Of a stretch of DNA of 44,158 nucleotides, positions 1 to 9,666 are shown piece after piece. Origin of the DNA: Chrysochromulina tobinii (lineage: Eukaryota). How positions within the stretch are numbered: position 1 is the first letter of the stretch; each line of letters begins with the position of its first letter. The translations under genes were made by a program, and so were the position numbers. The notes beneath the pieces are model-generated. The model did not search any database, was not told the DNA's origin, and saw nothing but the letters and a program-made list of their open reading frames with translations. Location: positions 1-44,158 of the forward strand of contig JWZX01002829.1 of NCBI GenBank assembly GCA_001275005.1, in the 5' to 3' direction.

Positions 1-513
1 ACGATCGTGCCCTGTGAATCACCTTCGTTTCACGATTTTTGTTGTTAACCCCCCTTAACCCCCCCGCGCCTCCGAGGGCCCCGTACTAACTCCAGGGAGT
101 CTCGAAACACCCTCTGGACACCTCCTGGGCAAAAAAAAGCGTTATGTTCTCAGCGGTCCGACCTGACCTCAGAACCGCTCGTTACGAATATGCACGAGGT
201 CTCGTTTGGTCTCGTCTCGTAGCTCTTTCTCGGGTCGTCGCCGTCGGTTTATGTACAGCAGTACCGATACCGGTAAGTAAGGGGAACAATGATTTGAGTA
301 GCACTTGCGACATGACTTGCGTGTTGCGATGAGGCGTGGGGTGATGGAGGCGGTCTCACGACGTCAGCCGGTCGTCGCGGCCGGTCAAGCGAGAACAGTG
401 CTGACCTCCTCGATCTTTTCGTACGACTTTCCCATTGTAGCGCGGACACGACCATTCCCGATTCCGGCGCGAGCTCGGTGTCCGAGATCTACGAGAGGCT
501 CACGAAACTCGGA

Positions 514-2508
514 CTATAGGGACTGGACCGCCTTGTCCTCGAGGTGATTCTCGCGCCACTTATCGAAGGCTGACGCAATCGCTGCGGACTTCATGCGCAT
601 CAGCGACTTGTGCACGAGCGTGTGCTTGCGCTGGGTCTCACGCAGCTCCTGCAGGTCTATCAGCAGCTCCGGTGCCTGCTTGAAGGCCTCCTTGTGCAGG
701 CGTAGAAAGATGCCTAGCAACGCCTGCATCTTGTCGTACTCATGATGAGTGGAGAGTGCGCGCCCACAAAAACCGAGAAAGATGCGCAACTCGGCGAGTC
801 TCTCGTTCAGCCCGTCGGCCCGGATCAAGCCGCGCAGCTCGAGCTCGAGTGCCGATTTGCTGAGGCTGAGCAGGTGGCTCATCACAGCCTCGTCCGCCTG
901 CGCCGCAGCCGCCGCAGCCCCCGCCACCACCTTTGGCTTCCTTACGGCTTCCGAGAGGGCGGCAGCGGCCTTCTTGTTGGCCACGTCGGCCTCGAGTATT
1001 AGCTTCTGCAGAGGCGCCAGTTTTGTGCCGTGCTTGACCTGCTCTTGCGCGTGGTCGTTGTCGTACGGTACCTTGTGCGCTCCGGTGGACAGCCAATCGG
1101 ACGCCTTGGACGCCTTGGACGCCATGAACGCAGGTGTTGGGAGAAACCAGCCAACCGTAATTTCGAGGCGCCAGCCAAACAGTGTTGCCGAGCCTGTGTA
1201 CTCGCCGACCATGATGGTGCCCCGTGTTGGTGGCCCAAGATCGCGGCCCCCGGCGGTCGCCATCTCTTTGCGTGCATTCTCAAGCGTCGCCTTCCTCTTC
1301 GCCTCCTGTGCCAACCTGAACCGCGCCGCCACCATCTTCTCCCCTTCCAGCCGCGCCGCCTCCGCATTCTCCGCTGCCAGCCGGTCCGCCTCTGCCTTTT
1401 CCGCTGCCCGCCGGTCCGCCGCCGCCTTTGCGGCTGCCTCAGCTGTCAGCCGCTCCGCCATCTCCGCTGCCCGTCGCTCCTCCTCGGCCCGCCGCTCCGC
1501 GTGCTCAGCCGCCAGCCGTTCCGCCTCCATCCGTGCAAGACGCTCCATTTCAGCCGCCGCTTCACTCGCCGATTCCGTCGAAAAGCCCAACTCTTGCAGC
1601 ACGGGCATCAGCTCCGGGGTGCCAGCAAACGACTCCTGGTGCACGCGTAGGAAGACTGCTAGCACATTCGCACAGCTGACACGTTCGTCCTCGTTGATGG
1701 CTGAAGCAAAGAAGTTGTCCTTGTTGCGCAGTGTGCGCAAAAAGAAGTTGAGAGCTGCACGCAGATCGGCGAGCTCGTTGAGACTGCGCAGCTCGAGCTC
1801 GAGTGCCGCCCAATAAATGTCGAAGAACCCCTTCGCGTCCATGCGGAAGTCGCCTTTATCGTCAATGTCGTCGACGTCGAAGTTGCCTTTCTCGGCAGCT
1901 ATGGCAAAGACCCCTGCCATCTGGTTCACATCCACCTGTATTCCGAGTCGCGTCAACCCAGTGTGGATCTCGAACACTGAGTACACGCTGTCGTGGTTGA
2001 GGTCCATGCTGTCAAACACTGCCTGCACGTGCGGGATCTCCGCAGGGCTGAGAAGGAGCAGATAGCTCTTCAGAGCCTTCTCCGCCTCAGCCGCCGTTGT
2101 CGCCAACTCGATCGCAGTATTGATATCCCTCGCATTCTTGCCCTTCGTGAATTGCTTGGCCATGTTATTGGCCGTGTCGGTCGCGCGAACGAGCTTCTGA
2201 AGACGCGACAGGTGTAGGTCGGCGAAGAGCTGCTTCTGCTCTTTCGCAAGAGCCTTCAACTTTGAGGTCATGGACTTAATAGGGTGGGCTGCCGGTGCCG
2301 GCTGTGCGGCGGCGGATGCGGGCGCTGACCCCTTTTTGGCCATCGCCTCGGCCGATTCTTGCCACTTGAGCTTCATGGTCGTCGCCTTGATGAAGAGCCC
2401 CGTCTTCGGGTTCAGCCCGCCCCGTAGCGCAAATTCGATGGACGAGCTCATCTTCTTTGCAGGGATCGCGTGGATCGGCGCTGGGTGACCAGTGCCCCTT
2501 GAGGACAT
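514..2508 (-). CDS. EF-hand-like protein with two Utp21/WDR36 C-terminal-like helical segments and an Ala/Glu coiled coil
   Basis: 664-aa ORF. EF-hand-like loop FDSMDLNHDSVYSVFE. Two related segments ALELELR...vFLRvH.E.F...PEL...LQEL. AERLAAE coiled-coil repeats. True start may be a later Met. Confidence 0.7.
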   Translation of the reverse strand: MSSRGTGHPAPIHAIPAKKMSSSIEFALRGGLNPKTGLFIKATTMKLKWQESAEAMAKKGSAPASAAAQPAPAAHPIKSMTSKLKALAKEQKQLFADLHLSRLQKLVRATDTANNMAKQFTKGKNARDINTAIELATTAAEAEKALKSYLLLLSPAEIPHVQAVFDSMDLNHDSVYSVFEIHTGLTRLGIQVDVNQMAGVFAIAAEKGNFDVDDIDDKGDFRMDAKGFFDIYWAALELELRSLNELADLRAALNFFLRTLRNKDNFFASAINEDERVSCANVLAVFLRVHQESFAGTPELMPVLQELGFSTESASEAAAEMERLARMEAERLAAEHAERRAEEERRAAEMAERLTAEAAAKAAADRRAAEKAEADRLAAENAEAARLEGEKMVAARFRLAQEAKRKATLENARKEMATAGGRDLGPPTRGTIMVGEYTGSATLFGWRLEITVGWFLPTPAFMASKASKASDWLSTGAHKVPYDNDHAQEQVKHGTKLAPLQKLILEADVANKKAAAALSEAVRKPKVVAGAAAAAAQADEAVMSHLLSLSKSALELELRGLIRADGLNERLAELRIFLGFCGRALSTHHEYDKMQALLGIFLRLHKEAFKQAPELLIDLQELRETQRKHTLVHKSLMRMKSAAIASAFDKWRENHLEDKAVQSL

Positions 2509-2624
2509 GAGAGGTCGGCGCTAGGCACACGGTGCCCCTAAGCACTGTGCGAGGTTTGAGGTCTAATTAGGTCGTGCCGTGTGGTGCGTGAGTCGAAAAA
2601 CTTGCAATTCCATGGCAAAGTTCT

Positions 2625-2733
2625 GTACCGGTAACCGTAACGGTTTCACTGGATCGAACGGTTCAAAAACACCGGTTCAAAAACACGGTTAAACACTGGG
2701 GGGAGCCGGGACACACGGATCTCGAACCGGTAA
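2625..2733 (+). repeat. Copy A of dispersed gene-upstream repeat (ACAC[C/T]GGGGGGAGCCGGGACACAC core, ACCGGT flanks)
   Basis: aaacactggggggagccgggacacacgg at 2691-2718, with gtaccggta at 2625 and a tandem ggttcaaaaacac; matches copies B-D. Confidence 0.8.
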
Positions 2734-3005
2734 ACGTGTTCAAACTTTCGGTTGCCGAGTTGAGGCCGCCTCTATTCGGCGCCACGCACCGCCGCCCTGT
2801 GTGTTCACTGTTCAGGCAAACAGGCATGTCCCACAGCTACCCTCCAAGCTCGAATGACAGTGAGCCTTTCGTGCTACGGAGGCTGCCCCGCCCTCGGCTA
2901 GTGCCATTAGTGCCATGGCTCCTGGCACTGAATGGCTTGGGCGCTCGCATGCACATGCTCTGGACGCCTCGCTGCTCTCGACAATGTGCGCCCCGCCTGC
3001 GCCTC

Positions 3006-3959
3006 TCACAGCACCTTCTTCTGAGCCTTCATGGCAGTCTGTGGCGCGATCAGCTCATCGTAAGCCATCGCCCCGAGCACCGCGCCGATCACCGGTCCCA
3101 CTGTGTAGATCCACCATCCCGTCAGGGCGGCGGGGCCCCAGCCAGTGAGCAGGGTGACGAGGCGCGGGCCGAGGTCGCGCGCGGGGTTCATGCCGGCACC
3201 GTTGACAGGCCCATAAGTGCCGATGATCATGGCAACCGTTGCCCCAACTAGAGCTGGCTCAGAGCCAGCGGGCACCGACCCCGAGGCGCTATCGCCGATG
3301 GCGCAGATCATGAACATGAGCACCCCCGTCATCCAAATTTCGGCCACCAGCGCGCCCGCCGCACCGAGCACCGCGGTGTTCGGAATCATACCAAAGGCTC
3401 CGGCGAAGATGGCGGCCGATGCGGCTGTGCCGCGCACGATGCCGGCGGCGGCTTCAGTCGCCGCAATGGCGTTGCCCCAGACGGCGTACGTGACGACTCC
3501 CGCCGCGAAGGCTCCAAGACACTGTGCGGCGATATACGCCGGCGCCTCGTCCGCAGGCGACTTGCCTGTAGCCACGAGTGCGGCCGTGACCGCGGGATTC
3601 AGGTGAGCACCGGAGACAGCACGAGTGGCATACACGGCAAGAGTGACCGAAATGCCCCAGGTAATGGCGTGGGCAAAGACGTTCGCTCCGCTGCCCCCGT
3701 ACTTGGCAGCCGCCACCGAGCCACAGCCGCCACAGACAATGATCGCCGTGCCGATGGCCTCCGCGATGCAGCGGGAGGTGAGCGAAGGGCTGGTAGCCTC
3801 AGCGGGCGCCGCAGGCACAATACGCGCGTGCGCCTCGCATATCGAATAGGGCTGTTGCGCTTCGGTGAAGGCGGCGTAGCCGCCTGCAGCGGCTACGGTG
3901 GCGCACCAACGCCGCGTTGCGGGCAATCGGAGAAGGCCGAGACCCCGAGCGATCGTCAT
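3006..3959 (-). CDS. MIP-family channel, aquaglyceroporin (GlpF-like)
   Basis: Two NPA boxes (SGAHLNPAVT, GMNPARDLGPRL), TM1 AEAIGT and C-terminal WWIYTVGPVIGAVLG. Asp after NPAR is typical of aquaglyceroporins. ATG at 3959 chosen because the longer ORF start lies inside the repeat. Confidence 0.95.
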   Translation of the reverse strand: MTIARGLGLLRLPATRRWCATVAAAGGYAAFTEAQQPYSICEAHARIVPAAPAEATSPSLTSRCIAEAIGTAIIVCGGCGSVAAAKYGGSGANVFAHAITWGISVTLAVYATRAVSGAHLNPAVTAALVATGKSPADEAPAYIAAQCLGAFAAGVVTYAVWGNAIAATEAAAGIVRGTAASAAIFAGAFGMIPNTAVLGAAGALVAEIWMTGVLMFMICAIGDSASGSVPAGSEPALVGATVAMIIGTYGPVNGAGMNPARDLGPRLVTLLTGWGPAALTGWWIYTVGPVIGAVLGAMAYDELIAPQTAMKAQKKVL

Positions 3960-3992
3960 CGCCTTCGGCAGAGTACATGTACAAAAAGAGAT

Positions 3993-4101
3993 CGGTAAAA
4001 AGACACCGGGGGAAAAGAGACCGAGTAAAAAGACACCGGGGGGAGCGGGACACACACGGGACACACGGGCGCGCACGGGCACACGGACTTTTTACCGGTA
4101 C
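3993..4101 (+). repeat. Copy B of dispersed repeat, in the aquaporin/MscS divergent intergenic region
   Basis: gtaaaaagacaccggggg twice, followed by gggacacacacgggacacacgg; closed by the inverted terminus ctttttaccggtac (4088-4101). Confidence 0.85.
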
Positions 4102-4158
4102 TAAACATTCCAGATTAGGCCAACAATCATCACCACGAGAGGCTCTGGAGTCAAGGTG

Positions 4159-7014
4159 ATGGACTTCGTCACACCTCGTGGGTGGGACCAACCAGCAGCT
4201 GACGCTCCAGCCGCCGCGCTCATCAACGTGCCAGCCGATTCACTCATCGGCACACCTCCCGACACACCGCCCGATGCACACACGACAGCGCCACGTTTTA
4301 TCCGCCAGCTTTCCGTTCCCGGAAGCAACCGTGCCTCTGAGAGTATGGCTTCGTCGGGACGGAACGAAGCCACCTTCGCTGAAGCTCGTCAAGCTGCCGA
4401 CGATTTGAAAGCGCTCGCCTCGTTTGGCACAGCCAATATCAGGAGGAGCAACCATGATCGACTCGATGCCATTCTGCTCGATCACGTCGACGTGCAAATT
4501 CCTTCCCAAGAATCGGCCAAAGGCGGCATCGCAGCCCCAGGAGACCAATTGAACGCTGAGGACAAGTTGGGCGTTGTGGTGGACCAAATGAACGCTGCAG
4601 TCAAAAAGAGCGCGGACGGTACAGCTGGTGAAGATGTGGTGCGCAAGTATGCCCTTGAGTGGCGCAAGAAGGCCGCCGTGCGCAAGTTTGCCATCGAGGT
4701 GCCCAAGTATGCCTTTCGCATGCTGTGGTACGAGGCGCTCTGCTCAGTCGCCTTCGCTCCGATATTCTTCTGGATCGTGTTCCAGTGGGAAGAGATCGGC
4801 GATGCCTACGGCTGGCTCCTCATACGCCCAGTTTACACTTGGGCCGCCGGCCGCGGTTTTGCTTCCCTCGCTCACCTGATTTCCAATCGGGTCGGCCGAT
4901 CTCAGCTGGGCGTGTATTGGCTACCCCCACTCTCGGTATCCCTTGTGTGGAGCTCAGGTACCGGCTGGCCACTCGGCTTGCTCGGGAGCGCACTGCTGAT
5001 GGCGATCGGACCGTTTCTAGGTTCTGAGCGCGACGAGTGGCTGATGATTCAGAGCATACCTCGCTTCTGGCTGGTCCTTGGATGGTGGGTTGCCCTCGGA
5101 GCCGGATACCCACTTATCGTTGGCATGACCAGATACTACATCTCGCTCCTTACCTTGCACCACTATGAGGAGCGCGCCAAGAGTGCATACAAGGCTCAGA
5201 AGGTGCTGCGCAAACTTGCTGACGCAGCGGCCATACAAGCACGAAAGGCGGAACTCGAGGAAGCCAAGCGCAAAAAGGCGGCGGCTCGAATACAAGAGGC
5301 GGTGGCCCGACGAATGGCACAGAAGGGTGTAAGACGAATGGCACAGAAGGTTGTGAGTGAGCGACCACGCAAGCCGATCAAGTCTTCCTCCACGTTCGAC
5401 GGTGGGCAATCGCTTTCACAAAGATGGCCCGACCTCCGCGGCCACCGGAGGACACTGTCTGAGGGACTGTCCCCGTCCGACCCTCTCTGCGGCGGTCGTG
5501 CCGGCAATCCGAATGCCGACGCGGCAATCACAGCAACGGCTCTTCAGAGTAGCGGTTCTGAAGGAATCGATAAGGACGCTGCCCTGCGGCCTCGCGGAGA
5601 TGGAGTCGGCCCCAACGGTGCGGCAGTTGGACCTTCGGTGCCGCCCTCGCCCATGCCGCCCTTGCCCGTCCCGCCCTCGCCCATGCCGCCGGCCATGCCA
5701 CCCTCGCCCGTGCCGCCGCCGGTGCCAGCCGCACCTCCGATCCTTCGCACCTTGTCCAAGGGAGAAGCACCGGCCATCGCCAAGGGAGAAGCACCGGCCA
5801 TCGAGGTGCAGGCTTGGAAAAGGGATCTTCCCATGAAGCAGTTGCTCGGGTATGTCGCTGGCCCTTTGTCGTTCGGCAACACTTTCAAGGAAGCCGATAG
5901 ACTCGATATGGCACGGGGGGAGGCGGAGAAGGTCTTCGACATCCTGAGCCAACAGCTGGAACTGCGTGTGGATTCCGAAAACATCCAGAGCGCAGGCTTA
6001 ACCACCCCGGGCGCCACCACGAAAGCCGCGGGCTCAACCGCTGCGGGCGCAGGCGCAACCACCTTGAGCCCGAAGCTGAGCCGTGCCAAGCTGCTTCGGT
6101 GGGCGTACACTCTCCTAGGTAAGACGTACGTTGACACGATCGGAGCGGACGCCCTCTTCGGAGCGGATGTGGAGACCATCAGCCGCGAGTCCTTCCTAGC
6201 GAGCGTCGAGCGCTGCTACCACGAGCAACGGCTGCTCACCGCGTCCGTCGACAACTTTGATCGGATCAACGTGATGCTCGTCCGAGCAGCAGCCGCGGGC
6301 TGGTACTTGGCGCTAGGCTTCTTGTACTTCATCGCCATCGGTGTCGGGTTCAACGATCTGCTAGTACCGGCTGTGTCCTTGGTCCTCTCTCTGGTTTACC
6401 TGCTGGGCCGCGCGCCCGGCGCCTTCATGTCCGGCGCCTTCTACGTCTTGATCGCACGCCCTTTTGACATAGGCGACCGCATCCTCGTCTGCGACCCCGC
6501 CAAGCCGCCCTCCGATCTCGGCTCGCTCGTCGTAAAAGACATTAGCCTGTTTCGCACCACCTTCCACACCACCGAAGCCAAGATGGGGTTCATCGAAAAC
6601 CACGCGTTGCTCGACAAGTCGATCATTAACCTTACCCGCTCGCCGCCCACTTGCATGTGCATGAAGATGAAACTTCCACATGCGACCCCAGCGTCCAAGA
6701 TTACGGAGCTCATCCACTCCATCCGCAAGTACATCCAGGATACGTCCACCGAGTGGGCGTCTGTCGACATCCTCATCGCCTCGACAGACCTCGAGGCAGG
6801 CCACCTGGTCATGGAGATCTGGGCCACCTCCACCTTCCCCGCCCAAGAAGTCTTCTCGATGGCCAAGGCTCGCTCCGCGCTCTTCCTCTTCATTCATGCC
6901 TACATGCAGTCCGCCGGCATCGAGTACATCAAGCCCTTGGTGCCGATCTACATGAAGCAGCGCACGGGTGGTGGCCATGATAACGGCCTTGAAGGCTTCG
7001 TCAATAGCGAGTAG
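4159..7014 (+). CDS. MscS-like (MSL) mechanosensitive ion channel
   Basis: Several N-terminal TM segments, then a TM pair followed by the MscS signature PFDIGDRI...V..I.LF.T.F and IINLTRS, as in eukaryotic MSL proteins. Confidence 0.9.
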   Translation: MDFVTPRGWDQPAADAPAAALINVPADSLIGTPPDTPPDAHTTAPRFIRQLSVPGSNRASESMASSGRNEATFAEARQAADDLKALASFGTANIRRSNHDRLDAILLDHVDVQIPSQESAKGGIAAPGDQLNAEDKLGVVVDQMNAAVKKSADGTAGEDVVRKYALEWRKKAAVRKFAIEVPKYAFRMLWYEALCSVAFAPIFFWIVFQWEEIGDAYGWLLIRPVYTWAAGRGFASLAHLISNRVGRSQLGVYWLPPLSVSLVWSSGTGWPLGLLGSALLMAIGPFLGSERDEWLMIQSIPRFWLVLGWWVALGAGYPLIVGMTRYYISLLTLHHYEERAKSAYKAQKVLRKLADAAAIQARKAELEEAKRKKAAARIQEAVARRMAQKGVRRMAQKVVSERPRKPIKSSSTFDGGQSLSQRWPDLRGHRRTLSEGLSPSDPLCGGRAGNPNADAAITATALQSSGSEGIDKDAALRPRGDGVGPNGAAVGPSVPPSPMPPLPVPPSPMPPAMPPSPVPPPVPAAPPILRTLSKGEAPAIAKGEAPAIEVQAWKRDLPMKQLLGYVAGPLSFGNTFKEADRLDMARGEAEKVFDILSQQLELRVDSENIQSAGLTTPGATTKAAGSTAAGAGATTLSPKLSRAKLLRWAYTLLGKTYVDTIGADALFGADVETISRESFLASVERCYHEQRLLTASVDNFDRINVMLVRAAAAGWYLALGFLYFIAIGVGFNDLLVPAVSLVLSLVYLLGRAPGAFMSGAFYVLIARPFDIGDRILVCDPAKPPSDLGSLVVKDISLFRTTFHTTEAKMGFIENHALLDKSIINLTRSPPTCMCMKMKLPHATPASKITELIHSIRKYIQDTSTEWASVDILIASTDLEAGHLVMEIWATSTFPAQEVFSMAKARSALFLFIHAYMQSAGIEYIKPLVPIYMKQRTGGGHDNGLEGFVNSE

Positions 7015-7824
7015 GGACATGGGCCTTCGAGCACTTCGTTGGCCCGCAATCGCGTGGTCCGTCGACTCGAGTACGCCTGTACTGTGCGTTCAACTGTACA
7101 TTACTGCGGTGGACGAACTCGATACGCCTCTACGCGATACTGCTAAGCCCGTAAGTTACGACCGGTTCGTCAAGCGCTGTACCGGTTGATGTTTTATTTG
7201 AAAACAGTGTGACAAGTGACGTGGCTGCGCGCTCCGTCGGGCCGGTTGGGAGCTTATTTCCACAACCATTCCGGTCGACCGCGGTAAATGCGCGGATCCG
7301 CCCCAAGCATCCGCGCGCATGCCGAGCGTGCGATCCGTTGCCGATGGCGGATCCGCGCGCGACGTCCGCGGCGATGGGGGAATGAGCGATCGGATCGGCA
7401 TCCCTCAGGCGAAAGAATCCGCGGAGAGACAGTGTCCAGTGTGATACTCCGTGTAGAACACCCAGCACTTCGGTCTTCAGAGCTCTTCAGACTTCCGAGC
7501 CCGTCCGGGAGCGGCGCCGGCGGAACGGCGAGGTCCGAGGATGCGAGGAACCAGGTCTACTCGCTGCCCCTACCGTACCAGCTGCCACTCCCCGTCTAAA
7601 CCATGGTCTAAACGGGATCTGCAAGGGTTCCCCGAGAGCCTAGGGCTCCGGATTCCACAGTCGGCCCGGGCGGCCCAAGCCCGCGGCGCGGCGGGAGCGG
7701 GAGGTATGTGCCGCACCTCCTTGGTACCGACGGTCAATTTGCCGTGCACGAAAGACGAAACAATCGTCCTAAACAACTTATCGGTATCGGCGGTCATGCG
7801 GTGAAAGAATCAAAATTCGGTGGA

Positions 7825-9357
7825 TCATTCGGCGCTATCATAGTATCGGATCCTCGACTTATCGGGTGCTTGCACAGAGGCCTCCAGCATCCGTCTGACC
7901 ACTTGGAGCTGACAGAGCTCGGCGGATTCAGCATCTCCCTGCTCCACGTAGATGAGGCCAAGCTCCGCCCACGCGTCGGCGGCGCCATCCGGCTCCAATC
8001 GGATCGCGCGCTCGAGCGCAAGCCCCGCCTCCTCCAGCAACCCAAGCCGCCGCAAGCAGCCGCCCAGCCCGACCTCCGCCGCCCCCATCTTGGCCGCCGA
8101 GACTATGTAGCTGTGAGAGCTCAACTCGCCGATGCGAACGGGCTCGGCAAAGGCGAGCGCCGCCCCCTCCAGATCGCCAATCTGACGGAGATCGCACGCG
8201 AGATTGTAGTTCGCGTCGAAGTTAAAGTCGCAATTCGCCGCGCCGATGGCCACCGCACGACGCCCCGCCTCCACCGCACTTGCAGTATCGCCTAGACGAC
8301 GCCTCGCCATCGAGAGCTGAACGTAATGTTCGGCGTCGAAAGGGTTGATTTCGATGGCAGCCTTGAGCAGGCTCGCGGCCCGGCTCGGATTGCCGTCACG
8401 CAACTGATTGATCGCGCGATTCTGTAGCCGCGTCGAGTGGTCGACGTAGCTCGAGCTGTGAAGGAAGACGACTCCGATGTAGCGGACGCCTGACTCGGTG
8501 CGCGCGCCCGCATGCCAAAGAGGGCCGCTGTGGATCAGAGCATGCCCGACGTCGTCGATTCGAATAGTCTGACCACCGTCAGGACCTAGCGCCTGAACCC
8601 ACGTGCCCCCTCCCGTGTGACCTGTGCTCAGGGCTACGTTGATGGTCACCAAGCTGAAGTCGCTGTGGTCAGTCATGGAGTCGCGTCTCTTGGCGGCATC
8701 GTACCTCACGATGAGCGGAGGCGACAGCGGCGAGACGCGCATGCTGGAAGCACGCATTGTAGGTAGCAACGCCGCCACGGCTGTGGCGGCGAGGCGTGGC
8801 AGAGCGGCAGCGAGAATCCGAGTCGCTCCAGGAAGCGCACTGAATTCCATTTCATCCGAGGCCTGGTTTGTGTAACTGGAGCCCCAGCCGGAGGCGTTGC
8901 CAAGCTCCTCGGCCTCAGTGATGATGGCGGCACACTCGTCAGCTGTGAGCAAGGGCTCCTTGGTCACATGGGCCAAAGCGCGCGAGCAATGCGGCGCGTT
9001 GCCCACGCTGAAGAGAGAATCGCTGTGCACGTGATAGGGCGTCGTTGCCACAGGAACAGCACTGTCGGAGGCGGCAATGGAGGGCCATTGCAGCAGGCCA
9101 GCAGCGCATTCTCGCTGATGGTCGGCTGTGTCCAGAGCCATGTTGCTGGCGAGTGTCTCCGCGAGTGGCTCTGGAGTCTCGCCAACAATAGCCAAAGCCT
9201 CATCTTTGATGGTGCCCTTGGCGACATTTGGTGCAAAACCTCGCGCTCCTCCTGAAGGCTTTTGACGCTTGGCGCCGCCCTTGCCAGGGCTGGCTTTCAT
9301 TCCATGCACACTCGACATGGCAAGCAAGCAGCAGCAGCGGATAGCACGACTTGCCAT
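7825..9357 (-). CDS. 2OG-Fe(II) dioxygenase (prolyl/lysyl-hydroxylase-like) with C-terminal TPR repeats and a probable signal peptide
   Basis: HxD motif (DHSDFSLVTINVAL), GGGT, distal His/Arg (LWHAG...GVRY). TPR-like helices KAAIEINP and ERAIRLEP...AWAELG. Hydrophobic N-terminus MASRAIRCCCLLAMSSVHG. Confidence 0.85.
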   Translation of the reverse strand: MASRAIRCCCLLAMSSVHGMKASPGKGGAKRQKPSGGARGFAPNVAKGTIKDEALAIVGETPEPLAETLASNMALDTADHQRECAAGLLQWPSIAASDSAVPVATTPYHVHSDSLFSVGNAPHCSRALAHVTKEPLLTADECAAIITEAEELGNASGWGSSYTNQASDEMEFSALPGATRILAAALPRLAATAVAALLPTMRASSMRVSPLSPPLIVRYDAAKRRDSMTDHSDFSLVTINVALSTGHTGGGTWVQALGPDGGQTIRIDDVGHALIHSGPLWHAGARTESGVRYIGVVFLHSSSYVDHSTRLQNRAINQLRDGNPSRAASLLKAAIEINPFDAEHYVQLSMARRRLGDTASAVEAGRRAVAIGAANCDFNFDANYNLACDLRQIGDLEGAALAFAEPVRIGELSSHSYIVSAAKMGAAEVGLGGCLRRLGLLEEAGLALERAIRLEPDGAADAWAELGLIYVEQGDAESAELCQLQVVRRMLEASVQAPDKSRIRYYDSAE

Positions 9358-9401
9358 TGTGTGAAGACGGGCCGCTCGTGCAGGGCCGCTCGGTTTTACC
9401 C

Positions 9402-9520
9402 GTACCGGTAAAAAGACACCGGGGGGAGCCGGGACACACACCGGTACAATAGTACGTGTGCGTGTTCCGTGCGTGACCCGTGTGTGTCCCGGCTCCCCCC
9501 GGTGTCTTTTTTCCGGGTAC
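9402..9520. repeat. Copy C of dispersed repeat: perfect 32-bp inverted repeat (MITE/fold-back-like)
   Basis: 9410-9441 aaaaagacaccggggggagccgggacacacac is the exact reverse complement of 9480-9511; 38-nt spacer. Confidence 0.9.
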
Positions 9521-9666
9521 TTGTGTCCACTTGTCCGACGCAGCGATGTGAGAAATCGGCCGTAGCCGTAGCTACATGTAGCGGTGTCCGAAAGGCAACT
9601 TCAAAGCGGGGCATTCACGAAACCGACCGTGCATGGACCGTGGTGCAATTTTTGGATGGATTGCCG

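Noticed and set aside
45..65. TTAACCCCCC twice, telomere-like
   Set aside because: Only two units and not a TTAGGG/TTTAGGG array; nothing links it to TERT.
9469..9666. Extended non-ATG starts in the ORF track (also 4082, 9441, 12962, 26883)
   Set aside because: They use GTG/TTG starts and run through repeat or promoter DNA; the first plausible ATG was used instead.
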